Assembly: GCA_051942205.1 (NCBI GenBank)
Contig: JAVECO010000132.1
Coordinates: forward strand, 1 to 64,000
DNA: 64,000 nucleotides
Direction: 5' to 3'
Origin: Coniocarpon cinnabarinum
Lineage: Eukaryota
The position numbers and the translations under genes are program-made. This document shows positions 13,179-25,473 of this stretch, piece after piece. The notes below the pieces were generated by a model. That model worked only from the letters and a program-made list of their open reading frames with translations. It had not been told where the DNA came from and searched no databases. The first letter of the stretch is position 1. Each line of letters opens with the position of its first letter.

Positions 13179-13830
13179 AAGTGTCATCATATGCTGTTGC
13201 GCTGGATGAAGCCCACATATAGGTCAAGTGCGTGGAAGACAACGGAAGTCCATTCTAAGCAGCAGAAGGTCGCCGTCATTGATAGAGGATAATGGAGACA
13301 CAGAAATAATAGTAATCCCAAAACCGCGGCCCTCAATTGATCGCTCTAACTATTTTATGCCTCACTAGATAGTAGATGACCGTCTTGACGTCATGTCGAC
13401 ACGAGCACACACGAGCCTACTTGGAACGTTTTCACTCTGTAGAGAAGTAACGAAGGGACAGTGATCATAAGCTCTGTAGTTCCATGAGAGGAGCTACTGC
13501 AGGTACAAGCAGCACTAAATCTGAATGACGACAGAAGCCCAATGGCTTTTTCGCCAAACCCAAACGCCTCCTCGAACAACCCCAGGCTTATTTCGGTGTT
13601 CAGTACTCAGGCGCTTACCCAGGGCACTCATCATTACCACCATACTGAGGGGACATCGCTCACAACACCACACTGGCACCAGCATCGACACTTCAATCCC
13701 CTTGAGACAATTTGAAACACTCAGACATACCCTTCAAGTCACTCCCTCTCAACACCCGCCCCATCCATCCCTCCTACTCGCCATCGACATCGACATCACC
13801 ATTGCTGCGTCCTCTCCGGGAACCAGAAAA

Positions 13831-14670
13831 ATGACAAGAACAGCCAACTCGGCCTACCACGCCCGCTATTCTCAAACAGCGCACTCAACACCGCACTTGT
13901 CGTTGTATTTCCTGCAAGCTTCCCGTTCCATTCGCGTAGCTTGGCTCCTTGAGTTGCTGGAATTGCCGTATCAACTTGAATCCTCTCCGAGAGTTAGTAA
14001 TAAAGCGCCGGCAGCCTTCAAGGAAGCGTCAGGGAGTGCTCTCGGCAAGTTTCCGGTCTTGCGGGATGCGCAACCGAATGGGGAGGATGTTGTGATGTTT
14101 GAAAGTGGGGCTATTGTTGAGGGGTTGTGTGATCGGTTTGATGTAGCGGGTGATCTCATCCCTCGCGCTGAGGAGGGAAGGGCGTATCGAAGGGGAAGGG
14201 TGTTGACGTTTGTGCATGCAGCGGAGGGAACAATAATGTTACATGCGCTCGCTATTCTTTACTTTCGCTGGTCGGTGCCAGAAGGATTCAGGCAGTCAGA
14301 GGAAGGACAAGACGTCATGACCGCGACGGAGAGAAACATGAGTGTGAATGTTTGGAATGACTTCGACTGGTTGGAGCAGGAACTCAGCGCCAGCACGGGA
14401 CTGTATCTCGTTGGTAATCGTATAAGTGCGGCAGATGTGATGATGGGTTTCTCGATTGAGTTTGTAATTGCGCGACAACTGGGGATAACACGTGAGGAGT
14501 TTGAGGGGGGAAATGATGTACATGAGAAGGAGGAAAAGACAGAGGGGGAGGAAGGGGAGACGACGGGAAGGGGCAAATGGCCACGGGTGAAAGAGTGGCT
14601 GGAGAGGTGTCATGCGACCGAGAGTTGGAAACGGGCAGTGCAGAGGACGGGGTATACGTTGGATACGTAG
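13831..14670 (+). CDS. Glutathione S-transferase (Gtt1-like)
   Basis: LYFLQASRSIRVAWLLELLELPY, LGKFPVL, FESGAIV, YLVGNRISAADVMM and WPRVKEWL. The likely ATG at 13831 has good context (AAAAATG). Confidence 0.93.
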   Translation: MTRTANSAYHARYSQTAHSTPHLSLYFLQASRSIRVAWLLELLELPYQLESSPRVSNKAPAAFKEASGSALGKFPVLRDAQPNGEDVVMFESGAIVEGLCDRFDVAGDLIPRAEEGRAYRRGRVLTFVHAAEGTIMLHALAILYFRWSVPEGFRQSEEGQDVMTATERNMSVNVWNDFDWLEQELSASTGLYLVGNRISAADVMMGFSIEFVIARQLGITREEFEGGNDVHEKEEKTEGEEGETTGRGKWPRVKEWLERCHATESWKRAVQRTGYTLDT

Positions 14671-14720
14671 GTGGGAGTTGTGGATCTGACTAGATACTTA
14701 GGTGGGAGTTGTGGATCTGA
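14668..14720. repeat. 22-bp direct repeat spanning the GST stop codon
   Basis: TAGGTGGGAGTTGTGGATCTGA occurs at 14668 and 14699. Confidence 0.9.
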
Positions 14721-17700
14721 GATGGATGTGAGCGACGGAGAGGGTAACGAGGTCAGTACAAAGAGATGCGGAACGACGAAAGAAAGAGGGACAGACTGGA
14801 TGCGTGAATGGTTTGCTTGTTGCAGCACAGGTCGACAGAGACCCACCAGTACCTGATACAAGAAAGGGAACAAGTCACAATACAGTCCATCCGACGTGAT
14901 GATTGGAAATGACAAAACGGGAGGATGCAAAACGCCGCAAGGATCAAGCGCTGCTTCCAAACGCACGATACACCTCGCGAGAGTTCAGAGCTGAGTCGTG
15001 CAGCCAGGAGCTAAAAGTATCCGTGCGCTCTAGGAGGACTGAGAAACGGGCATGGAGCGTGACAGAACGGATCTTGCTACAGAGGCAAAGTAGCGAGGGA
15101 AGCATCTCCAAAGGCAGCGTCGGGATACAGGTTTAGCTTCACGACTAAGATGAATACTGCAAGCGCATGATATTCACAAGCGGTGGATAGCGTCTCATAA
15201 CGAATGCCCAGTGCTTGCAGGCAGGAGGCAAAGGGTTGAAAGAGAGAAAATCAAGCATTGCAGGAACCGAGAAAGAAATGATATGTTCGAGGCGGCTGAT
15301 GATGCGGAATCCACGGGCGTGTTGGTGGAGTCTGAAATGGCAACACTGGATAGAACTGAGAGTATCTTCGAGAGAAAGCACACCAGCAAAGTCCTTGCCT
15401 CTGAAAGAGGCGGACTGGACAAATACAAGTCGCCTATCAGTCTGCGCGGTGCGATAAGGAAGCCTCAGGTCAAAAAGCCATGGATACTATGGCCCAAGAC
15501 CACCAGATCTCAGAAGCTGCTGATTTAAAACGTCGCAAGTGCTCTTCTGCTGGGCCCTTGCGGTACTAATATTGAAGAAATTGGTAATTCTAAAGTTGAT
15601 CGAGTGATCGCATTTGCCTACAAGGCATCAGTGTCTTCAAAGGGGGCGAGCAGGTGAGTGCACTGCCTGGGATTGTAGGCAGTGAGGAGATACTTGGAAA
15701 GTCAAATCCGCACGTGACGATTCTCGGGCGCTTGAGGAGTAGGATCAGCAGTCTCGGGTAATACGGTGTTCGCTGAAGAAGCTGCATCGCTGCTCCCATC
15801 AAGCAAGGAGAAGAGGCGTGGCCACAGCACAAACAATGGACGTCTTGGTGCTTCGGATCCAGGGTTTCAAAGACGTCTGCGAAGAAGTCCTAAGCTTCTG
15901 AGCTCGAGCCCTTGGCAAGAGCCGCAAAGGAAAAGACTAGAATGATTGAGGAATGTAGCATGTCCAAGATCCAGAAGCATGCTTATCAGGATACAAGACC
16001 ACGGCCAAGAACGATGGAGAAGCTGCGCTGCAGTTCGTGTCGAGTCCACTAGTGGGATGGCGCGACTCCATGAACGTGTCCAACGAAAAGTCACTCACTC
16101 CGAGCGCGAATCCGTGCCACAGAGCATAACACCTCGAGTGGTATTGGCGGTGTCCTGCACGTTCAGATCCACTAGGGATACCCACCAGCTCATAATTTGT
16201 CCCACTCAATTCACGTAAAACTTTTGATCATCTATGGCCAAGAGATAAGTAGAAAGTGTGGCAAGCCTTATGGCAGCTTGCCTTGCGCCATGGAAAGGGC
16301 CCGAATCATCATCCAGTTTTTGTATTACGCCCGACCCTTAAAAATCTGACAGGCTCGCTCGTGGCGTCATTCACGGTTGTGTCACCCGACATGATGTATG
16401 TGCGTGTAAAGAGCGCTTCCCTTACAGTCCAGTGTGAGACGTTAATTGTACTTCAAAGCTCTGTCCAGAAAGAAAGAAAAACGAAGAAGGCGCCTGCGGC
16501 ATGCCACACATCGCGCTGCGAAGGGCCTACTCCTCGGTAGACCTGTAGTTCGCCGTTACTGCAGGTCAATGTAGAATCAAGGGTCTTGAGCGATACGCTT
16601 CTGTCACAATCCATGCATGCATGTTGATAAGCGACGAGTGTAACTGAAACTTTAGTCTTGTTTCGCGGGGCAAGATTGGCGCTCAGTGCCGGAAACGAGC
16701 GGCATGAACAGTAGAGAAGAAAGCAGGTAATGATTGGCGAAAAAAATTACCGGCATTTCCCAAGACCAAACTTGTGCAACAGGAAATCCAGTGGAGCTCA
16801 AAATATCCACTTATTCTGCAAGCAACACTCTCAGAGTCCAATAGGCTGTGGGGAATCGCGCATGCGGCTCCTCCGAGAACAGCATGATAGACATGTCAGG
16901 TTTGTAAGCATCGACCTGAGGAAGCACGGTATAGCAAGTCTTATTCCGGAAGACACGAATCCAACGCGGAATCCGTAGCCCACAGGCTTGATCCTACAGA
17001 ACTGTCAGAAGTTATACCATTTCTCTGGCCAAGCGAACATCATGAATAGCACGGCAAGAAAAAAGCTCGTGCTCTGTCAGCAACTAAGCAATACCGAATG
17101 ATAGAGCGGATGGCGGACGGATTATGAATACTTGTCCGGAGGTGAGATGGCTGTGCGGCGCGGACGGCAGCGGATTGAAGTAGGCGGCCATGGCGGCATA
17201 AGTGAGGCAGAGTAGCTGAGATTGCCTACGACTCGGGCGTGCCGCATGCGACGATGTGGCTGCCCTGACCATCCTCTGCTGCATGTGATGGTGGCTTACG
17301 TGCTGGCAATCCTTCGTAGGGAGGAGGTTTCATGCATGTGATGGCGTGGCTTCTTCCACGATCATACTCCAAAAAGCCTAACACACTTGAATGCAAGGCT
17401 CTGAGAGGAGACTCAAACTCGTGAAGTGGAGCTGCGTGCGTGTGGCTTCATAGCGTGTTGGGTGGCTTCCATTGGCTGCATTCGACCCAAAGCCCGCTCG
17501 CGGAAGACTGAGGGGTTTTTGGAGCAAGCAGACCTGAGTGGAAAACCGAAGAGACTGGTAGAGAAGCCAGGACGCGTGGCAGAGCAGCAGCTGATAAAGT
17601 TTAAGAATTCGTCTTGTTCAGTCATCCTGAGCATTCGGGTCAGCTGTTGCCAGGAGATATGCTCAGCAGGTCAGCATGGGGGAGGATACGCTACACGGTC

Positions 17701-19332
17701 CCGAGCGAAGCGCTGACAAGATAGATGTGCAAGGTCGCACATGTGCTGCAAGTGCGTCACCACGTGTGCATGACAAGCCGATCGACGAACAATGCTGCTC
17801 GCAGCAGCCCTGAGACGGGGGCAGAGTCAGGGATCGCCGACCATTCGCTCGCTTGACCAGTGGCACTGAGCCAAGGTCGTATTCGAGAAAATGCTCGGCC
17901 GGGGCGTACGGCGGCGATCAGCGTGGTCATTCGCCGGGATAGACTCAGGCATGGCGGCTCCGGCCGTGGCGTCCGCGCTCGCAGACTCGCATTGGGAGTA
18001 ACATGGGCCTGATGGATAAGCGAGGGCGAGAGCTAATCGGGTAGTTTCTGTGAGTGCGTGGAGCTGGCTTCACGTGCTGCGAATGCCTGCTAGTCGGGGC
18101 TCAGATGCGCATGCAGGAACGTGTGTTAAGACCGGCAGACAACCTAAGACCCCGACCGCAGGGCTGATAGCTCTCACGCTGTGGACCCTGGCACTGCGTG
18201 GCAATACCGGAGCGTCCAGACTTTCGCTGCGTGGTGGAATCCCAGTGTGCCAGCCAAGAAGCCGAGGGAGGGGGGGACTGTGAGACGCAGAAACGAGATG
18301 GACGAGCAGAAGACGAGACGAGGAGGAGCATGATGTCAGTCAATGGTGCGGCGTTGCGGGCGCCGGGCAGTGAATCATGGTCTGGTGGGAGATCTCGCAG
18401 TCAGGTCGCTCATCAGGGCTGCGTGCGTGCAATGGAAGGGGGAGAGAGAGAGAGAGGAAAGAAGGTGTCGGCTCTCCACTGAAGTCTAAGTGTGGGCAAT
18501 GCGGCGACGAATCAAAACTGCCGAGCGGGAGCGTCTTGGCCCCCAGGCGGCGGGAGAGCAACATTGTACGGGGGACTCCGTAGCCCGTGGCGGTCAGGTC
18601 AGGCTGCCGCTCCCCCAGCCGGCCCCCGATGCCTGTCTGAATGTTGCCTACTCCGTCCTCTCGACTCTAACAACACCTAGTCCACTGACCATCTTGACAA
18701 CGTGGCTCGGCTCGTGCTGTGCGAGACTTTGCCAATCTCCCACGCTGCCCCCCGTCTTTAAACGGCCAGCTCATGCACGAAATTGGTCACTGCTGAGGTG
18801 GTATCACCCCACACCGCTCCGGCCTGTAAGCCTCTCACATCATGCGTGCTCGTGCTTCGACTGTGCTTCGCATTAACCCCCGGCCCAACATCCGTGCGCC
18901 ACGCCTCTACCATCTTTCTTATTTCTTATTGTCAGCTTCCTCCTCTTCCACGTGGTTCCGAGGTAGCCGTCCTCTCTGACCACCGCTATCTTATTCTTAA
19001 CGCGGGCCTCATTCCCTTGTCTTGCTCTTCCACCAGCATTTTCTGCCTGGTGTCACACCCCGACGCCTCCCACACCAGCTCTTCAACCTGCTCCAATATC
19101 TCGGTGTCAGCTCGACGTCCTTCACATCCGGGATTCACAAGCACGCAAGCCTTCCCAGAGCACCAGCAAGATTAAACACGAGCGTTCAACACCCGCTCCA
19201 AGCCGTTTTCCTCAAGTCACTACTGCAACATAAGTTGCCAACACCCTTCCGCTTCGACCTCACCAATCTCGCTCTACGACACGTTCCCCACATCACATGT
19301 CCCGGCGGTAATACCGACCTGCACCTGCTACA

Positions 19333-20151
19333 ATGTGTCACACCAAGGTCTACCGATATGGCTGCGGCCACGCCAGTTCTCGGCAACTTTCAAGCTGTCG
19401 GGGCACTTACTCAGACCCGACCGGAGCCAGCGTCCTCTGTCACGCCAGCCCATCTCTCACCTACACTGTCTCGACGCCATGCTCCACCTGCCTGTACAAA
19501 CAATTCCGTGACGATTGGGAGAAGCGATTATCGGACGCTCAAGAAAAACACTTCGTGGCCACTCAAGTCATGTACGAACTCCAGGACGACGGCGAGAGCT
19601 GCGGTGAGCTGGGCGACAGTCTCATTGGCGGTGGTGGAGTCAGCGATTCCTTCGGTGACGCCGACGCAGCCATGCGTGAACGTCAACGCGCCGGCGAAGA
19701 GCTGCGGCAGCTCAAGGAGGAGTACCAACGTCAAGCAACCCGGCAGTTCAGCTCTCTTGTCACCGGTCAAGGCCAGTCATGGAAGAAAAGCTGGCGCCGA
19801 CAACGGAAACCGGCCACGAAGAACGCCGGCTCGAGTCCACTCAAGAATGTCGAGTCGGTCGAGGACTTTTCAGCTGGATCGGACGACGAGGGTGATTGGG
19901 ATGACTGTGCATCTACCTCATCCCTCCCACGTTCACCTTCACTGGTCAGTGACTCCGGCTCTATGAGCGATTCCGGCGACGAGGGCGAGCTCTACCAGTC
20001 GCCCACCAGCGTTCTCTCGCCAAGCAACTGGACGCTATCCAATGCAACGCGCCCGAAGTTAGCGTCTGCCGCTGACCTCAAGAAGGTTTCCTTCGAAACG
20101 CCGTCCATCGTTGACGACGATGACCAATTCCTGCCTGACTATGGATTTTGA
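19333..20151 (+). CDS. Fungal-specific protein with N-terminal MC..Y.CGH..C..C..CxxC putative Zn-binding motif, coiled coil and Ser/Asp-rich tail
   Basis: 272-aa ORF with good ATG context (ACAATG), C-ending codon bias and a pyrimidine-rich upstream region. Confidence 0.8.
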   Translation: MCHTKVYRYGCGHASSRQLSSCRGTYSDPTGASVLCHASPSLTYTVSTPCSTCLYKQFRDDWEKRLSDAQEKHFVATQVMYELQDDGESCGELGDSLIGGGGVSDSFGDADAAMRERQRAGEELRQLKEEYQRQATRQFSSLVTGQGQSWKKSWRRQRKPATKNAGSSPLKNVESVEDFSAGSDDEGDWDDCASTSSLPRSPSLVSDSGSMSDSGDEGELYQSPTSVLSPSNWTLSNATRPKLASAADLKKVSFETPSIVDDDDQFLPDYGF

Positions 20152-20892
20152 GGGACGCACTGTAAGAAATAAGTGTCGGTCAATAGAGTAATTTGTTGCA
20201 TAGCGTTGGAGTATGGCAGCATGTACTGTAAATGGTGTTGGAAATACCCACTTGGCCGTTGAAGGTTCCGGCCCACATAGATTTAGATATGAATTTGGAA
20301 AGAGACTAAGTGTTTCGTCCTTCCAAGCACATCCTCGTATTGCTTCCACTGTCTTTGATAGAGCATTTGTCACGAAGTTGAGACGAAACGAACGCATCTG
20401 CTTTATTCCGTGCACGACGGACTGTCAAGGATCGATGATCGCACTAGAGCGTTAGGGAGATCTATCTCCTCATAGACTTTTTAGAGTAAAGTTTAGCGCG
20501 GGCGTGAATCGCATTGATCGCGCCAGCCTTGCGAAGACCTCCAATCCTTTCGCTCCTCAACGCTCCATTGCGCACAGTCCGGGTTTCAGCAGCGCGTGGA
20601 TGCCAGAAGACAAACAATGAAGTGAAGATCAGGCAGGTGGAGTTACTCCAGAAGTCCCAGCTCTGAGGCGAATCGTGCCCCTGCATTGGGTTCGTGACCG
20701 ATCGGGCTAAGGCGCAAGAAATCACCCCTGTCACCGCACTAGCCTGTGCGTGTCAACGCCCAGAGCTCACATTCACTCAAATCCCATACTTCGTGACGTT
20801 TCACTTCGCTTGCGGCGAGTGCTCTTGCAGTTGTCTGCAGCCGTCTGCGTTGCTCAGGTGTGAGCGTGCTTAGCGTGCGTGGATCAGCAGTC

Positions 20893-23353
20893 ATGATGGG
20901 GCGCAAAGGTGCGATACGTGTGAGTGCTTGACCCCTCGAGACTCTCCGTGTTATCTATCGAAAGCGATCCACCTCTACTCTTTCAACAATGGGACAGCAT
21001 GCTACAAATTCCGAGAAGGATGTGCTAATGCGAATGACAGAATCTTCTGTCGCGACCCGGAAAGACTGCCTCTCGCGAAGCCATCACAGTTTCCTCGCCA
21101 ATTACAGGAGACCGCCGTTCCGCAGACTCGCCAGACCTTGGTAGTAACAAATATGTCGGAAGACCACCGCCTCTATCCTCGAGCGTCGAACGCGAGCTTC
21201 GCGATGCCTGCGAAGTTGTTCTCAAAGATCTTAAACCTTCAGGCCATGACATCGAAGACAGGAGGATGAAGTCTGACATGTTTGTCGACCATGATCCTTA
21301 CAATCTTACGCACAATGTGAGAATTCCGACTGTTGGCTCCGAGGACAACAGGACACGAAGACAACACTCGGCAGCTGCTTGGATCAATAACCAAAGTGAA
21401 AACATCGCTCAGTTGCAAGATGTCAGACATACCCGACGTGATAATCAACCCTTAAAGCCCAAGGTGGACACTACGAATGCAACTCGCAATGCTGAGCAGT
21501 CACGCACCTTCACGAGAGATCCCCCCAATGCCATGACACCTCTTTCGTCACATGCTGTTCCTCCTGTTGAGTCACCCTTGGCACCGTTACCTACCAACGT
21601 CAGAGCCACGCCACAGCCTTCAATAACAGCTTCCACGAAGCCTCTGACCCGTCCAAAGTCAGCACAACGGACCGATTCAGTCAGTACGGAAACTTCAATG
21701 CCATTCACGCCGTCGACGGATTATTTCAAGTCTGCTTCGACCGCTGCTACATCCAATGCTAGTTCAAACCGAGCCTCTGAGAATGTATTTACACAGCAAC
21801 CCACGGCAAAGGACGGTGCATGGATGAAACAGGAGGTAGAAAAGCACAAGCAAGCACAGTCAGCCATGCCCAGCATTGCGGGTACAGCAGGCGCCGCAGC
21901 TGTCATGTCCTCCGACACCGCGGCAAAAAACGGTGCAGCCGCATCTGACAGGTCGGTGACACAACAACGACGCGACTCGGCGACCATTGGCGATACAGAG
22001 ATGCCTGCAGTCCAAAGACCGGCGATGGGAGTTCGAACATCGAGTAGATATTCTAACAATTCGGTCAACTCTCAAGGAGAGGTCAAGAGCCCAACCAACA
22101 GCACTGGTCCTGCACGACCTGGCAGCAATGGGAGTCGAAGACACAGTCGACCAAGTAGTGGCATAAGCATCGAAGGCATTCGCGAGACGCGCACCTCTCC
22201 TCAACCCAGCCCTCGAAATGAAGACGTGCCTCCAGTGCCACGAATCAACTCTGAGCGACTCAACTCCTTGACAAATAGCAGTCGTCCCAACTCGACTTCG
22301 CAACTCGCCATAGACGCCATAGCACAGCAGCACAAACCGTCACAAGACACTAAGCAGCCCAGCAATGCAAAAGATGCAGATGGGATGGAAAATAAATCTA
22401 CTGTGGAGCCACGGAGTTCCGCCCACGCTGCCACGGACATGACCTCAACGACTACGTCTCCCACTGCAGAAGCACGGACCATATCCCCAAGCTCCGACCG
22501 CCGACCTCAAAAGTCCGGACAAGTCGTCTCGACACCAGCGCAGGCGGCAAAATCGCTGCCGCAACCAAACATGCAAAATGGCGACGCTGCGGCCACCGAC
22601 GATAAATCTCCAGAACATAATCCGCAGTCACCTGACCCCATGGCCTCCCCTGCTGTTGTCGTCCGCGACTTCTTCCGCCCAAAACCCAGTATCGATATTG
22701 GCATGGCGCCCTCGTCACGGCGGGTTGATCCTACGCCTGCGGATTTCGAGGCGCTGATGGCGTCGATGGATGGGGCTGTCCATGGTGCACCGCCTAATTC
22801 ACTTCCTCCGGATCAGTCTGCGTCGAACCACGTCAACAATGCTATGCCCAATGGTGTCCCGGCCCGACGCAGCAGTCTCCAAGGTCAGCTCAAGCAGCCA
22901 CAGCTCCCCTTCACACCACCGCCCTTGCCGCGTCTTCCTTCGAATAAACCCAACTCACATAAAGCAGGCGTTTCTGAAGCCCCTATTGATCGCCCCCGAG
23001 CGGCTTCGCAACCCTTCCTGTCTTCTAATAATGCGGCCGCTGCGGATGAGATGATTCCACAGCAGCGACCGCCGTTGGCACATGAGACATCAGGACATCA
23101 TGAATCGCCTCATTCGAGCGTCAGGAGTCCCACGAGGATGAGTGAGGCATACTCGTCTCGCACGGGCACCAGCACCGCGAGTCGCCGCGAGAGGAAAGGT
23201 CTCAGTCGTATGCTCTGGCGATTGGGCGGCGGCGACATGCCGCAGCGACGGAAGATCTACATCCCGCAGTACTCCGGCGATGGGGCCTACTGGGAGGAAG
23301 ACGAAGAAGAGGCTTGTGCGGCGCCCGTGGTGGGATTTGGGCGAGGTTGGTAG
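20893..23353 (+). CDS. Hypothetical, largely disordered Ser/Pro/Thr-rich protein (two exons)
   Basis: Exon 1 (20893-20919, MMGRKGAIR) is followed by intron 20920-21040 (GTGAGT..GCTAAT..CAG). Exon 2 is in frame with the 695-aa ORF and adds ERELRDACEVVLKDLKPS. C-terminus PVVGFGRGW. Confidence 0.8.
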
Positions 23354-23801
23354 AGGGAAAATCCATTCTTAATGAGTTGGTGCATAAAGGACATGGAGGT
23401 TTTTTCTTTCTTTCTCTGACACCAAACATTGATTATGATTGTTGATGACTGGTAACATTTTACTTTCGGGGCATGTGTATGAGTATGTAAATGATTTGGG
23501 ATAGCAGCAGTGGCGTTGGAGGTGGTTATGTGTCATTTATGATCTGAGCTTGGTCTAGAGAGATGCAATCGAAAAGATCTGAGCATGTTTGACATGTCTT
23601 TGCGTTGGACTCTAAGCTGTCACTGAAGCTGTGATCAGTTTCATGCGTCTTTATCGTCGAAGCCGCATAAGCTGGGTTGACCTAGATCTATATGATCTCG
23701 AGGTATTCATCCATATCCGTCCACGCAACAAGGACGGTCGTAACTCATCTGCATCATGAACGACGATGAGCACCAACCATGAACAACACTGATCGACGAA
23801 T

Positions 23802-24484
23802 CTAATAGCTCAAGTACCGCGGCTTCAACCCCATGTCCCTCACATCCACCAACTCCTCCGGCACTTCAACTGGCCTGGCAGTCTTGGGGCTTCCACTCCA
23901 AAACCAAAACACATCGCCCAGCGTTCGCCAGCTCTGGCCGCGACCAGTGCGCAGCTGCTTCTGCCGCCCAAATTCCTGGTGCGGAACAAGGCTGAAGATG
24001 GTGCCCTTGGAGTGCTCGTGCGTCCGGGCGTGAGCGTCGGTCAGTGGGTGAGCCGAGTGGTCGGAGGCGAGTTGGTAGCTGGGGCTACTGGCCTTGAGGC
24101 CGAGGTGAGTCAGGATTTCCCGCTGTAACGAATGAGTGGGTTAGTTCAGATCGGTAGCAAAAAGGACAGATTTCGTGGAAGAATGATGGAAAGACGGGAG
24201 AAGGATGTGAGCTTGGCGGGTGGGCGGGAGAGGCGGCGGGAGGATCTTGGGCAGTTGTGGGGAAGGAAGGGTGAGATGATGTGATGATCAATTTGAATGC
24301 TTGTGGTTTGGGATGCTGTAAATGCTTTTTGGACAGTTTGGCTTACATCGTCTTTGCCTGTTGTGCGTAGGTGCATGATGTCGGCCTCTGTGTAGTGAGT
24401 TTCGACTTCTGACTGAGGCATGGGCACAGCCGTGGCCGTCATAAGGAAAAGCAAGCTCGTGCAAAGGAACGTGAGGAAATGCAT
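23802..24484 (-). CDS. Small secreted protein (152 aa, two exons), unknown function
   Basis: Signal peptide MHFLTFLCTSLLFLMTATAVP. Exon 24484-24347, intron GTAAGC..CTAAC..CAG (24346-24123), exon 24122-23802, joined in phase 0. Confidence 0.8.
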
Positions 24485-25473
24485 GTCGAGACTGATTCTG
24501 AAATCATGTACCGGGTTCCAGGACGGTATGATAGTTGCACTTCAGGTTTCTTAATTGAGATGTCTTTCTGGTATCAGGGGAGGGCACACAGTGCCTTTCG
24601 AGCCACCAAAGAAACACACAAAAGAACGACAGAGCGACCAGCGCAGGGAATGAACGACAGCGAAAGACAGCAGCAACAGCAGCATGTGCAGAGCAGCAGC
24701 AAGGAGGAGAAAGCGAGGCCCTCGACTATTTCACCTCCATTCCCCAGGGCACCGTTTCTCCAGGTCCCAAACGCGCGGCACAAAGCCCAAGTGGACGAGT
24801 GGCAGCACCGTCGCTGGGAGTGGGTCCACTGAGGAGGCAGTGGTGGAATGCGGATGACGCGCAGCGTTGCATATTTCGCGCTGGTCCGGTGGCGCCCCTG
24901 GGATCAGCGTGTTTGAGCCCTACGGATTGGGGGCGCCGCTGGCCTGTAGGGCGGTCTTTTGCACGTTACAGGTCCGTAGATGGAAACACGTCTTCCATGC
25001 AGGGGGTTGGAGTCGTTTTGTGCTCCGTATGCTCGTTGGTCTTGCGTTTGAGTGCGCCTTGTGTGGCTGGTTGTGGTTGCTTCGAGGCATACCTACCTAC
25101 ATCTTCAAGCTGGAACGGCAGCGGAGGCTGACGCTCTCCGTTCAGAGGGTTTCCCATAGCTTGCGAGATTCTCATGGATCACCTGATGCATTTCCGTTGC
25201 TGCATGGTTGCGGTTGAAGGCGCTGTGTTATTCGACGCATCAATGTTCGTCACATGGTGATCAAGGCCAGTAGGAAGAATGTAGGAAGTGCCTCGCAAGA
25301 GTCGCAAGCGTTTCCCGCAAGATGGTTATGCCAAGACCCTGCCCCGATCTGCCGAGCGTTCTTGGGTCCGTGCGTCTATACAGTTGCAAAGAATGAGAGT
25401 GGGTGTTTGTAGTGGCAGTCTCGTACTTGTGTAAGGAGTCCAATAGCAGACTATCCGGCTCAGGACAATTGTC

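Noticed and set aside
13525..13830. 102-aa N-terminal extension of the GST ORF
   Set aside because: It reads through pyrimidine-rich leader sequence. The ATG at 13831 has better context and gives a normal GST length.
9737..14670. Dioxygenase + secreted protein + GST as a secondary-metabolite cluster
   Set aside because: No backbone enzyme (PKS, NRPS, terpene synthase), pathway regulator or RiPP precursor nearby.
14668..14720. Direct repeat resembling a CRISPR repeat-spacer
   Set aside because: Only two copies with a 9-bp gap, eukaryotic context and no cas genes.
19022..19966. 314-aa overlapping ORF
   Set aside because: TTG start, no recognisable features, and it is an alternate frame of the ATG-initiated 19333..20151 gene.
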